NCBI RefSeq assembly: GCF_963506605.1
Contig: NC_083278.1
Location: 51,460,001-51,524,000, forward strand
Source of the DNA: Zootoca vivipara
Taxonomy: Eukaryota
Reading direction: 5' to 3'
Length of the DNA stretch: 64,000 bases
This document shows positions 1 through 11,500 of the stretch, in pieces (within the stretch, counting starts at the first letter, position 1; every line of letters starts with the position of its first letter). Below the pieces are notes generated by a model. That model searched no databases. It was given only the letters and a program-made list of their open reading frames with translations, and had not been told where the DNA came from. A program made the position numbers and the translations under genes.

Positions 1-974
1 TGCTCACAAAGTCTCTAGAGGGCACATCACAACCTTAAAGTACACTTCATGACCACAAAAACTCACATAGCACAACTCTGGAAATTTTTTGCCAGTGACT
101 TGCATGGGTTGCAGCCATGCAGCCCTTCTGATGAGTGCTTGTTCCAAAGCAAGTTCAGTGGGGCCTCCATCCAAGTCTGTGTGCCTAAGATGGTAGCCTT
201 AGTGAAAACTAGCCAAGCGCTCACAAAGGGCTCGTGCACTTGTGCCCTTGAAATGCAAGGCAGTTGCACAACTTGAATACTCAGTGGACCCTTCTATCCT
301 TTACGATGCTGCAAGACCTCACTGAGAAGCTTTTGATGCTGAAAGCATTGTGGGGACATCTCACGATCCAACGAAAACCTAATCGGGGTGCCTGTAAGCC
401 CATTTCAGCTCTTTACCTGCCGCATTCCTCATTGGTGGGCCAAACTGGCACGACAGGTGGGTCAAAATATGCTTGTGGGCTGGAGATTCCTCATCCTTGC
501 CTACAGCCACAGCATCCAGCCTTTCTACCTTGAAGGACCCCTTTCTACCTCGACGTATCTGCCAAGGGAGCCCACCATCATGGAAGCTAAGCTATCTCAC
601 ATCCTTTATTTTCATGAGACTCTTAGCAGGCCCACTGGGCTTCGCATTGACTCTGCATGAAGTGAGGACAAATCCCAACACAGTGCCTTGCAACTGATGT
701 GCAAAGAACTTCAGCCTGATTTTTGTTGCAATCGCAGTAGAATGGCCTCCCCGGGGTTGCAATGCTAATAAAATAGCCCCTTGCCTTGCCACATACCTGC
801 AATTAAGTAAAGGAAAAAGTAAATAAAATATGGCAAATTACAAGTGACACAGTTAAACGTCACCTGTAGTTACACCCAAATGCTCCTGGCAGGCTCCTGG
901 CAAACACAAATAGCCACTGAAACTATCACTGTACAGCACAATCCTATGCACGTCTACTCACAAGCAAGTCCCAT

Positions 975-1340
975 TGAGTCTAGGTCTAGTATACCTGAAG
1001 GAGCGTCTCCACCCCCATCGTTCTGCCTGGACATTGGTCCAGCGCCGAGGGCCTTCTGGCGGTTCCCTCACTGTAAGTAGTGAGGTTCCAGGGAACCAGG
1101 GGGAGGGCCTTCTTGGTAGTGGCACCCGCCCTGTGGAAAGCCCTCCCATTAGATGTCAAGGAAATAAACATCTATCTGACTTTTAGAAGACATCCGAAGG
1201 CAGTCCTGTACAGAGAGGTTTTATGTTTTAATATTTTGTTGGAAGCTGCCCATAGTGGATGGGGAAACCCACCCAGATGGGTGGGGTATGTATGTATGTA
1301 TGTATGTATGTATGTATGAATAAATAAATAAATAAATAAT
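975..1340 (+). mobile_element. L2-type LINE 3' fragment with microsatellite tail
   Basis: Degenerate LGLVYLKERL...RAFLVVAPALWKALP motif typical of the L2 ORF2 C-terminus; same 3' end as at 23310 and 62525; (TATG)n/(TAAA)n tail. Confidence 0.7.
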
Positions 1341-2161
1341 AATTCCAAGTTAAGTGGCCTAGACAGGGCCCGTGGATATTATGAAATTTACACAGAGGTG
1401 ACTCAAACAAGCACAGGGAAAAATATGTCTGGCAAACTTCTATATAATGCCTTACACTCCTAGACTCCACAATGCAATTGCATATGAACTTCTTTCTTTT
1501 TTTAAGGAATAAAAGCAGCTTGGAATTATATACAAGTCACATGTTTGGAATCAATTCTTTTGATTTCTTGGTGTCATGTAAGACTTGCTCAGCGGTATGT
1601 TAATTGCATATTAGCGTCTGGGGAACTATAATCCAGTGAGAGTATTCAATGTTTGGGGAAAGAAATTGATTCAAGTGATCAGAGAGTCATTTCTGGAACA
1701 TTAAAACTGGTGGCTCTGCTATTAACTGTGCTGCCATCTAGTGGCCAAGAAGGTAAATCTTTAATAGATGATCAGAATTAGGAGAGCGAGAAACTACGGG
1801 TGCTTGTACGTATGTGGTGGTGATGAATGGACAAAATTGCAGTATCATTTGAAAAAAAAATAATCTTCCTGAATCGTTCATATATAGACACAGAGCAGGT
1901 TTGATAGCTAGTCTTTTTGATGCCACTTTGAGAAGCATAGAATATGTTGCAAAACCAACTGATTTCTTTTAAGAAATCAATTTATCTTACTATATTTTAA
2001 AGAACTATTATATAACAAATTAGTTCAGTAAATTATAAACTTTTAAGGAGCTTACAAACAGGTGCCAGCATGGAAAAAATGTGGAAAAGCAGAATGTTTA
2101 ACTTGATTTTCTATTTCTTTCTGGCTGCACTACTCTAATGGCACTATGTGTGTCAAGTTAA

Positions 2162-2162
<1 letters not shown>

Positions 2163-2246
<84 letters not shown>
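2163..2246. repeat. Compound microsatellite (CA)n(GA)n
   Basis: Direct reading. Confidence 0.95.
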
Positions 2247-2250
<4 letters not shown>

Positions 2251-2519
2251 AACTAGCAAGAGTGTAACCTCTCCTCCCAGGGGAGCTGTTCCAGCTCTTT
2301 GTTGGTTCTGGTTGCCCTTTTCTGAATCTTTCACAACTAAAATGCTCCCTCTCCTGGGTTCTCATTTCAAAACAAAAGATGAAAATGCAATCTATATCCC
2401 TAAACATGTTGAAATTCTTAGCTATATGTCCCAGCTTGCAAAACATGACAGAGCAACACATTAATTTAAAAAGGAGAGTTTTATGTTTGGTAGCATTTAC
2501 CTGTCCAAATAAGACTTAC

Positions 2520-2561
2520 TATTTTGGGGTTCTCTGGTCTTCTGTTTGCTGGCCGTGACAT
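2520..2561 (-). CDS. TRAPPC3L: TRAPPC3L (BET3-like) first coding exon; remainder of the gene lies left of the window
   Basis: Minus strand ATG TCA CGG CCA GCA AAC AGA AGA CCA GAG AAC CCC AAA ATA|gtaagt = MSRPANRRPENPKI, which resembles the human TRAPPC3L N-terminus as recalled (MSRPAHRRPEYHKI). Consensus donor. Divergent position upstream of RWDD1 matches human synteny. Confidence 0.85.
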
Positions 2562-3004
2562 TTTTCCTGGGCAGTAGTAGAGAGTATGTGATTCCCTGTT
2601 TATATCCTTTCTTCTTCAAATAGCATTTTCCTTTTCCGTTACTGGATTCCTTTCTTTATCCTGGCTTTATCCTGGCAACAACCCTTTACTACTCTCTGAA
2701 AGTAAAAGAGATCTGGGTGCCACTTTCTGCTTCTGCTCCTCCTATTATGTGATTCAAATCTTCCAAGAGAAGTCTGGCAAGAAATCAAGCCTGCTTCAGA
2801 GAACAACCTGACTCAGATCAGTAACTGATCCATTAAAGCAGAAATTGCAAATCACATGCATAATAGCTGACCTCACTGCATGACAAGCAAGACCAGAACA
2901 TCCAGAAGTCTAATTATGCCAGAAATATATAAAGCTGGTTATTTGGCATAGCCATAGTTTGTTCATGAATATCTATCCACCTCTCACACATCATATTCAC
3001 ACAC

Positions 3005-3447
3005 TTGTTGTTGTTGTTGTTGTTGTTTAGTCGTTCACTCGTGTCCAACTCTTTGTGACCCCATGGACCACAGCACGCCAGGCTTCCACTGCCTCCTGCA
3101 GTTTGGTCAAACTTATGTTCGTAGCTTCGAGAACACTGTCCAACAATCTCATCCTCTGTCGTCCCCTTCTCCTAGTGCCCTCAATCTTTCCCAACATCAG
3201 GGTCTTTTCCAGGGAGTCTTCTCTTCTCATGAGGTGGCCAAAGTATTGGAGCCTCAGCTTCACGATCTGTCCTTCCAGTGAGCACTCAGGGCTGATTTCC
3301 TTCAGAATGGATAGGTTTGATCTTCTTGCAGTCCATGGGACTCTCAAGAGTCTCCTCCAGCACCATAATTCAAAAGCATCAATTCTTCGGCGATCAGCCT
3401 TCTTTATGGTCCAGCTCTCACTTCCATACATCACTACTGGGAAAACC
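3005..3447 (-). mobile_element. RTE-BovB LINE, 5'-truncated
   Basis: ORF VFPVVMYGSESWTIKKADRRRIDAFELWCWRRLLRVPWTARRSN (BovB C-terminus), (CAA)n tail, TSD ATTCACACAC at 2995-3004 and 3448-3457. Confidence 0.92.
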
Positions 3448-5189
3448 ATTCACACACCTACACACACTCATTTCATCTCAACAGCATTCAAATAGGAATT
3501 CCCTCATAGAAACATATGCCAGCTGACATCTGTGAAGAACACCAGTGGACACATTCATTCATCACACACACTCCATTCATTCACATCCATGTCCTGGTTT
3601 CAGTCCACAAATATCCACTGACTTCTTGGCTTCCGAAAATGAACTTCAACCACAAGCATCAGCCTGCTTTAGCCTTGCTGTGTTCTCCAGCTTCTGAGTA
3701 CAGACTCCACCAGCTTCTATCCAACATCATCTACCAGATTTTGTTAGGTCCACCACTAGACCTATGTCAGCTTTTAATCATGGATATCAGCAATGATGTG
3801 TTATCAGTTTTCAAGCCACAACCCCACCCAGCAGGTGAGCTTGCCTTATTATCACTCCATAGCATCTTGTATTATTCAGCAGTTCACCTCCTGCAAGTGG
3901 AAGAAACCCGGGCCATGCTAAATGGCATGACCCCTGTGTTTTATTATTATTTTATCATTATTTATTGAATTTATATACCGCCCTATATCCGGAGGTCTCG
4001 GGGCGGTTCACGGGAAAGATTTGCTGGTTAATAGAAAAGGGTCTGCCCCTTGGTCCTCATTTATATCCATTCAGCTGCCAACAACTTCTAAGGCATCACA
4101 AGTGGTCCACAGTCATCCTAAGCGCATTTGCCAAGTACTGTCTTATATGCCCAGTCGTCTTATACGCCAGAATAGACGATAGAATGTTTCTGGGTAAACA
4201 GTCATAAAATCACACAGCATAACAATTTTGTATCTGTGTTTTGCAACACAGGCTAGCATGTGCACTTGATTTTTAAAAATAATTATGTCCCAGTTTCTCT
4301 CCAAAATTTCAATTTTTATGATTGCAGATAAATGATCGCTAAGTTTTGCAAGACAATTGATTTTCAATGCTGATGCTGAATCAGTGAGCAAATCCCACTG
4401 AGTTCAGTGGGTTTTAGGCTATGATCCTATGTGTTTCCTTGGAACAAAATCCTTTGAACAAAGTGAAACTTACCTCTGAGTTAATACAAATAGGATCGAA
4501 CAGCAGGCTTATAATACAGAGGGGGAGGGGTTGCTACATCTGAAAGGACACGAGGCTGCAATCCTATGCATACTTTCTTGGGAGCAAACAAACATGAAAC
4601 CCAGCAAGATCTACTTCTTAAATAACATGAATACATGAGGCAGTAAACACATTACTGCTCCATCTGCCCCCTGCCCCCCCCATACATAGCCTCTTTGATG
4701 TTGGATGCAATTTATCTGCTTATTGATGATCACATGGTCTTAGCAAGCTGGCAGCGCAACACCACTGCCAAACAGACTTTCATTACTGCCTGTCCAAATT
4801 TCCTATATCTCAGCTGTATTGATGTTCCACTGTCATCTCGATCTCTGTTTCTTCACTAATGTGTTTCCTAAGTTAAAAATTAAAGCATGGAAAGGCTTTG
4901 CTCATTCCAAAGCTCACTTAAGGAGAAAAAACAAACAATTCTTGCTTCAGACAAAATCAATGGAGGAGCCTAATACGACTGAGGCTTAAAGAAAAACAAT
5001 TAAATAATGCATGCGGCGGTACGATGGGATAGACACGCTAAAATCTCAGAAAAAAAGTTCTACCGAGGGCTAATCTTCTCCAAAATCTTCCTCTTCCTGC
5101 CAAATCTCTTGCTATGGAAGTACGTGGAGTATTCTATAGCATGGAACCAGAAATCCCAAATGCCCAAATAGAGATTCTGTAACATGAGG

Positions 5190-5470
5190 GGAAACGAACA
5201 GGGCTCCTCCAGAAGATACTGATTATCGGCTGGGACATAAGGGCTCTGGAGGTCTTCAAGGTATCCTGGACCCAAGCTGTCCAGAGCTTTGTATATCAAT
5301 ACAAGAACTCTGAAGCTCTGAAGCAGCATATGGGAAGCCAGTGCAGATGTTTCAGCAAAGGTGTCACATGCTTTTGATCACCTGTCCCCATCAACAATCT
5401 AGCTGCTTCATTCTGCACCAGCTGGAGCTTCTGTACCAAGTCCAAGGGTAGCCTCACATAGCTAGTTCAC
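5190..5470 (-). mobile_element. Old L2-type LINE fragment
   Basis: Degenerate FRVLVLIYKALDSLGPGYLEDL motif; boundaries approximate. Confidence 0.55.
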
Positions 5471-6324
5471 AATACAGTCGTCAGGCCATTGACTGGGGCT
5501 GGTCAGTGGGAACACAACTCAGCTGTGCTGGCATCTGTTCCATTTCCAAGAACAATTCAAAGTGATGGGGTTTAACTTAATCTTTGGAATATCTCCTACA
5601 GGTCCCCAGCTACCCAAGGCAAGGCTGCTGGTGACTGGAGAATGCTCCCTCTGTGGAATTACTTCCTCAAAGAGGCCTGCCTGGCACCAGGTTTATCATT
5701 TATTTATTTGCAGTTTTTATATTCCCAGTCATGTGTGCGCTTTATTATGTGTTTCATAAACTATTCCACAGAATCTGCTGAAGGACAGTACAGAAATGCT
5801 TCAAATGAATGTACAAAGATAATTGTAGTTGAGTCAATTAGTTACGCACAGCTGGAGGTCTCACAACTGCATCTCATGTCCCTTCTGCCTTTGTTAAATG
5901 TTTTGTTATAGCTCCATCAGACCTTTTCCATATGCTTTACAACCCGCTCTAATCACAATTTGGTGGTTCTGAGTTTAATGGAATATCCCATCCTGAGCAA
6001 ATGTTCATAGAATTACAGCCTTAGGCTTTTTGAATGAAACACGTATAATAAATTATCTTGGAAAACTCATCTGCTTTCAGAAATGGCAAAAGACAAGATA
6101 CTTGGGTGCCTGAGGAAGAAAATCCGAATAGTTCTCATAGTAAAAACATAATAAATGGATCAACTATTTGCTGCTCTTTGGTGTAATATGGAATTTGTCG
6201 ACTGAGGCAAGTGTTTGAATCCAAATGTTAATGGCTGTATAGTGAGAACTTCATTTAAAATTTGGTTCTCTGTCAACTCCAAAGGGTGATGGTTGTTCAA
6301 AGTTTTGGGGGATCAGCTATTCTT

Positions 6325-6485
6325 TATGCACTCTGGCTTCCGTCACAGTGTTCCGCTGCTGGCCACATGACCTGGAAAGCTGTCTGTGAACAAACGCTGG
6401 CTCCCTCAGCCTGAAGCGAGATGAGAGCTGCACCCCATAGTTGCCTTTGACAGGACTTAACCATCCAGGAGTCCTTTACCTTTTT
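6325..6485 (+). mobile_element. Sauria SINE 3' fragment
   Basis: gctggccacatgacctggaa...cctttaccttt, matching the 3' half of the full copy at 29761. Confidence 0.65.
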
Positions 6486-7255
6486 AATTTTTTTACCTAT
6501 GCAGTTTCAAACAAAGTGCTTCATGCAAGATATTAAATTTTAAGATGAAAACAGTTTTGCTTAGTTGGATTCATCCTTTCAATACAATCCATTTATTTTA
6601 TAGTACTGTAAATCTTAAAAACGTTTTTGTTAGATGCTACAGATAAATCACCCCTTGTCCTGCCAATGTAACTGGAAATGAACAGGAGAATATTACCAGA
6701 GATTCTGGGAAATTCAATTCTTTATGTTGTTTTAAAATATAGCTTTTCCTGGAACAGGCTGACTTTTTACTATTTGTTTCTGTGGTCTGTTGCTACCAGT
6801 TGAACCTTCATCTTCTGCTTGCAGATCTTCATTGTGGGATTTGGCATACCTGTTTTAGGATATGCAGTCTGGGTTTTTTTAATATATAAAAACATACAGT
6901 ATTTATTTCTCTTGTACATTCACCAGCAACTGTATCCTTGAGAAAATATGTCTAGATTTAAAAGAAACAATTAATGCAATGGCTCTGTTTTTTTCTTCAG
7001 CAGTATTTTTAGGTTGTTATAGAGGAATGCTAAGCTTTTAAGGGATCTCGCAATAACAGAAAATCAATGAGTTGAATCGAGGATAACCATGTCCCCTGAC
7101 GGCTGAATCATCTTTCTTTTTGCTCTGTAGTGCCAGCTAGCTACTATGGAGTACTTCTACCTACTGTTTACTTCCTCCTCCATTATAAAAACATCAGGGG
7201 ATGGGAAAGGAAAATATGCCCCACAGTGTTATCAGTTACTAGTCTGAATTTACAA

Positions 7256-7343
7256 TCTTCTTCTTCTTCTTCTTCTTCTTCTTCTTCTTCTTCTTCTTCT
7301 TCTTCTTCTTCTTCTTCTTCTTCTTCTTCTTCTTCTTCTTCTT
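7256..7343. repeat. (TTC)n microsatellite
   Basis: Perfect run of about 29 units, ~1 kb upstream of the RWDD1 start codon. Confidence 0.95.
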
Positions 7344-7829
7344 TTGCATGCATGTCAAGACTGCCTTCAGTATTAAGCTGGATCTGGCAGCACATGCCGT
7401 ACCTACTGCCTGCTCCTTAATTCTCAACATTCCCAGTCATCTGAAGTGCATCCACCAGGTAGGGCAAGCCTAAAAACCTGCTCTGTTCTGTATCACAGGT
7501 GAAGAACCTGTGGTCCAGGAGCTCACCTCATTTTGAGAGACTCCTATCACTGCCCCATTCTTGCTTTCCTTCCTCTCCTCAATTAATTTACGGTACTCCC
7601 TTTTCCTGGCTTTTAAAAACGCTTCTTCCCTCTTTCTATGCAGTCTCATAATAACAGGAAAGCATTAGGACTGGTGCCATATGGGGCTTGGGAGGTGGGA
7701 ATAGAAATTAAAGCCGCAGTCCTAACACGCATTAACCTGAAAGCAAGTCTCGCTAAACCCATCGGACTTATTTCTGAGCAGAGATCCGTGGGATTGCAAT
7801 GTGCGGGCTGCAATCCTACATTGCACTTC

Positions 7830-8560
7830 CTCGGGAGCAAGCGCCATCGCGCGCACATTTTCTGAGCGTTGTTATTCTGTGTTTCCCTTCCATTCCCCGT
7901 TATCCCTGGAGGACTTTACGGAGCTGTTGCAACCCGTGGAGACCCCAGATTCCCTTCTCCACATGACCAACAGAAACAAATACTAAAAAGCGCTTCGAAG
8001 CGGAAAAGAAGCCGGTTAGCGAGCGTCTCGGGAAACAACGCGACTGCTCGAAAGGCGAAGAGGCAGCCGTGGGAAAAGCCCCGGGCCTGCGCGCGGCGGC
8101 GGCGGCGGCAGGCGCGACCAATCGTCGGCCAGAGCCATGGATTTCCTTGGCAGGACGAGGAGTCGAGAGGCCGAGTGGGCGGCGCTGCTCTGCGCGCTGC
8201 GTTGCGCGTGCGTCCCCGCGGCCTGGGCTGCCTCCCTTAGCTCTCCTGCGCCTGCCGAGTCCCGACTTCCTTTCTCCCCCTGCTCTGCGGGCCGGAGGGT
8301 TCCATGGCCGGCCGCGGGGGGCCATGACGGACTACGTGGAGGAGCAGCGCAACGAGCTCGAGGCGCTCGAGTCCATTTACCCGGACTCATTTACAGGTAA
8401 GCGGCGGCGCCTGCAGGCACCTCCGCGTGCGGAGCCAGGTGGGCGCGGGCAGGGCGGCGGCGCCAAGTTTCCGGCATGCGCTGCAGCTGATCTTTCCGCG
8501 CTTCTGCCTCCCGGCGCGGCGATCGCCTGCATGGCCAGCCTGCTCCGAACTTTCGAAGTG
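7830..8560 (+). promoter_or_regulatory. CpG-island promoter of RWDD1
   Basis: Very high GC/CpG density around exon 1; CCAAT box at 8118-8122, GC box TGGGCGG at 8176-8182, NRF1-like TGCGCGTGCG at 8203-8212. Boundaries approximate. Confidence 0.8.
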
Positions 8561-11500
8561 GGAAACCTCCCTCCAAGGTCCCGTCCCCCCCATCCTAACT
8601 GGAGAAGTTGCCAAACTTTCGCCTCGGGATCCTGGGTGGTGGGGATTTGCACCCCCCCCCTTTGCAGCAGGGACAGCTCCCTCCGAATAGTGGAAGGGAC
8701 GGTGCTCTTCTCGCGCCTGTGTCCTCGGCTCTCAGGCTCCCCATAAGCCAGATCATGGGCCCCTGGCCTGATCCAAGCAGGGCTTTTCTTAGGGTCTTCA
8801 CAGCTTCTCATGAGGAGCCCCCTCTGTCATGCTGGTGGCCCATGAAGAGCAAGGCAGAACAAATCACGCAGACTGAAGTAGTCTCGTGGAAAACTGGCCC
8901 TCATTCAGTCATTAAACCTCTTAATACCACGACTGTCTGTAAAAGACTTATTAATTTTAAAAAATCATATCCTGCCTTTTGATCTTAATAAAAGAGCTCC
9001 CAAGATGGTTTAGCAAATAAATTACAGACCATGTTAAAACAAGCCAAGACATAACAATATGGTGTGGAACCACATTCTGCTGAAATCATAAGTGTCTTGG
9101 AGTGCATTTGGAGCCATATTATGAAATGGTGGAGGCAGATCTTGCTTTTATTCCAGAGATCGAAATGTGCGCTCTCATTTTCCAAACTTTGCTTCACGTG
9201 ATTCTGGGATTGGATCGAAACACCCCTTGGTTTTAGGCTTGGTTTTTGATCTCTTGTGCTGTAAGAAGCCTCTGTGGCAGATAGTTGTTATGTCTGTAAT
9301 ACCAGATCACTTTGGATCACAGATGGGCAACTTTCAAGAGGCGTTTGTAGTACTTCTGAACTAGCATGAGGGCCATGGCATAAAATCAGGCTTGCACACC
9401 TGCTTGCCTGTCCCATGCTGTGCTACTGGAAGCAATGGATGAGAAAGCTTAGATATACTTGGCGTGGACCCACTGAAACTAGCTGTGTAGCATTAAATAA
9501 ACCAGAATGTTTTGTGCAGCAAGCCTATGCTGTAGATGAGTAGTATTATCCCTGTTATTGCAGATAAGAGGCAACATGTTTTATGTGGGGCTGCATCTGA
9601 AAGATGGTTTGGAAACTTCAGCTGGTGCAGAATTCAGTGACCAGGTTGCTCACCAGGGCAATACGGTTTCACTGAATCATAGAATTGTAGAGTTGGAAGG
9701 GACCCTAAGCTATGTCCCTTCCTCAAAGGGGAAAGGCTCTAGAGTTAGAGGTTATTCTTATCCAGGCTACGGTGAATCTGTCGCTGATTTTGGGATCTTA
9801 GTGAGCTGATGTCTAATTGGTCTTTGAATTTCAATCCAATTTCCGATATAAAACTAAAGAAAAGAGCAGAGGCTGTTGTGTTATGTCTGAAGACAAAACC
9901 AACCAGCCTCTGGGTGGCGGAGGGAGAAAACCTTTATTGTCTTCATTGATGACTTCTTTCTTCAACAGTGTTATCAGAAAAGCCAATAAGTTTCACTATC
10001 ACTGTGACATCTGAAGCAGGAGAAAATGACGAAAGTAAGTTGACTGCTGTTGAACTTTCATATGGAAAGAGAGTCTCCCACAAATAAAATACATTTGGCA
10101 TGCTTAAATGCTTAAAAGACTTGATTGTTTCTAAATTGATAGGAGGTGGTGCGTTGATAACAGTGTAACAGTGCCAGGTCTGCAGATTGACACAGTCAAG
10201 GGGGCACATATGGGGTAAGGCAGTGTTTCTCAACCTTTTTTGGGCCACGGCACACTTGTTCCGTGAAAAAAATCACGAGGCACACCACCATTAAAAAAGT
10301 TAAAAAATTTAACTCTGTGCCGCCCTATATTATAATTATGACTGTAAGAAACACTTGCCAAATATTGCTTTCCGGCGGGTTAGTGTTGTGTATTGGCGGC
10401 CGCCAGGCTCGTTTGCACTGAGCTTTGGGAAAGAGGAGGAGAAATATTGCTTTCCGGCGGGTCAGAGCTGATTATTGGCGGCCGCCAGGCTCGTTTGCAC
10501 TGAGCTTTGGGAAAGAGGAGGAGAAATATTGCTTTCCGGCGGGTCAGAGCTGTTTATTGGCGGCCGCCAGGCACGTGACAATGCAAATCGCCCTTCTCGT
10601 CGCCGCACGTCGCGGCACACCAGTTGAGAAACGCTGGGGTAAGGCAGTACTCCAAGTAACCTGGTCCCAAGTCATGTATGGTCTGAAGGGACGACCACTT
10701 AGCTGAAACAGACCAAGTCTAGGTCTGGTCAGGGTCTAGACTGGAGACAGCCTGGAAACTGCATCTGTGTTGCATTGGGTTCCATGACAAAATAAGGTGA
10801 AGGATTTAAATGTAGTAAAACAAACAAAAATTTAGATTGTTAGGCCCACTACACAGCAACAAGCATAGTGGTAGCCTCTTTTGTTGCAGCTGCATGTTGT
10901 CAGTGAAGCGTTTTTATATTTTCACCATGGGAAAGGATAAGTGTGATGCAGTAGGGAAAACTGAGCTACACTTCCATTAGGGGGCTTAGCACGAGAATCA
11001 GACACCTACCTCCTTGTTGCATTTAAAACGGCAACCATCACTTTGGTTGCAGGTTACACACTGGTGTGTTTGTGTGTTGGGCCTTTGTCATAACTAGGTT
11101 GTGTAAATTGCTTCTAGTAGAATGAATGTCAGTAGGTGCTGTTGGTAGCATGAAGCAATGATTTCTAATGTTTTCTGTTGCACTGTAGCTGTCCAGGCAA
11201 CCCTCAAATTCACATATGCAGAGCGCTATCCTGATGAAGCCCCCCTCTATGAACTACTCTCTCAAGAGAATCTTGAGGACAGTGACATCACAGACATACT
11301 GAAGTTATTGCGGGAACAGGTAAGCAGCATCCTCTTTAATAACGTTTAATAACATCAAGATGCAGCAAGTTCAGCTATTACCCCATGCTTAGCAATGCCA
11401 ATTCTTTACAAAGAGGGGAATAAAGGGTGTGGTTGTTTTTTCAAGCTCAAGGATAATGCGTTCTGCAGATAGGTAAAGTCGATAAAATACTTAACGGATA

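Noticed and set aside
1-800. Several short overlapping ORFs; possible TRAPPC3L exon 2 or CALHM exon
   Set aside because: No match to recalled TRAPPC3L exon 2 (DLFVLTYGALV) or CALHM motifs in the frames read; probably intronic or old repeat.
3516-3968. 150-aa ORF upstream of RWDD1
   Set aside because: No recognisable domain or splice context, and it ends in an L2 tail.
7130-7430. Poly-Ser, poly-Glu and poly-Lys ORFs
   Set aside because: Artefacts of the (TTC)n microsatellite.
8137-8400. ATG in strong Kozak context at 8137
   Set aside because: Only ~15 nt downstream of the CCAAT box, so probably upstream of the TSS; cannot be supported as a uORF.
8069-8746. 225-aa ORF suggesting an N-terminally extended RWDD1
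   Set aside because: Starts at GTG upstream of the CCAAT box and reads through the exon-1 donor; CpG islands are depleted of stops. The conserved protein begins MTDY at 8324.
10360-10575. Regularly spaced repeats resembling a CRISPR array
   Set aside because: Eukaryotic context, no unique spacers; internal tandem repeat of a hAT element.
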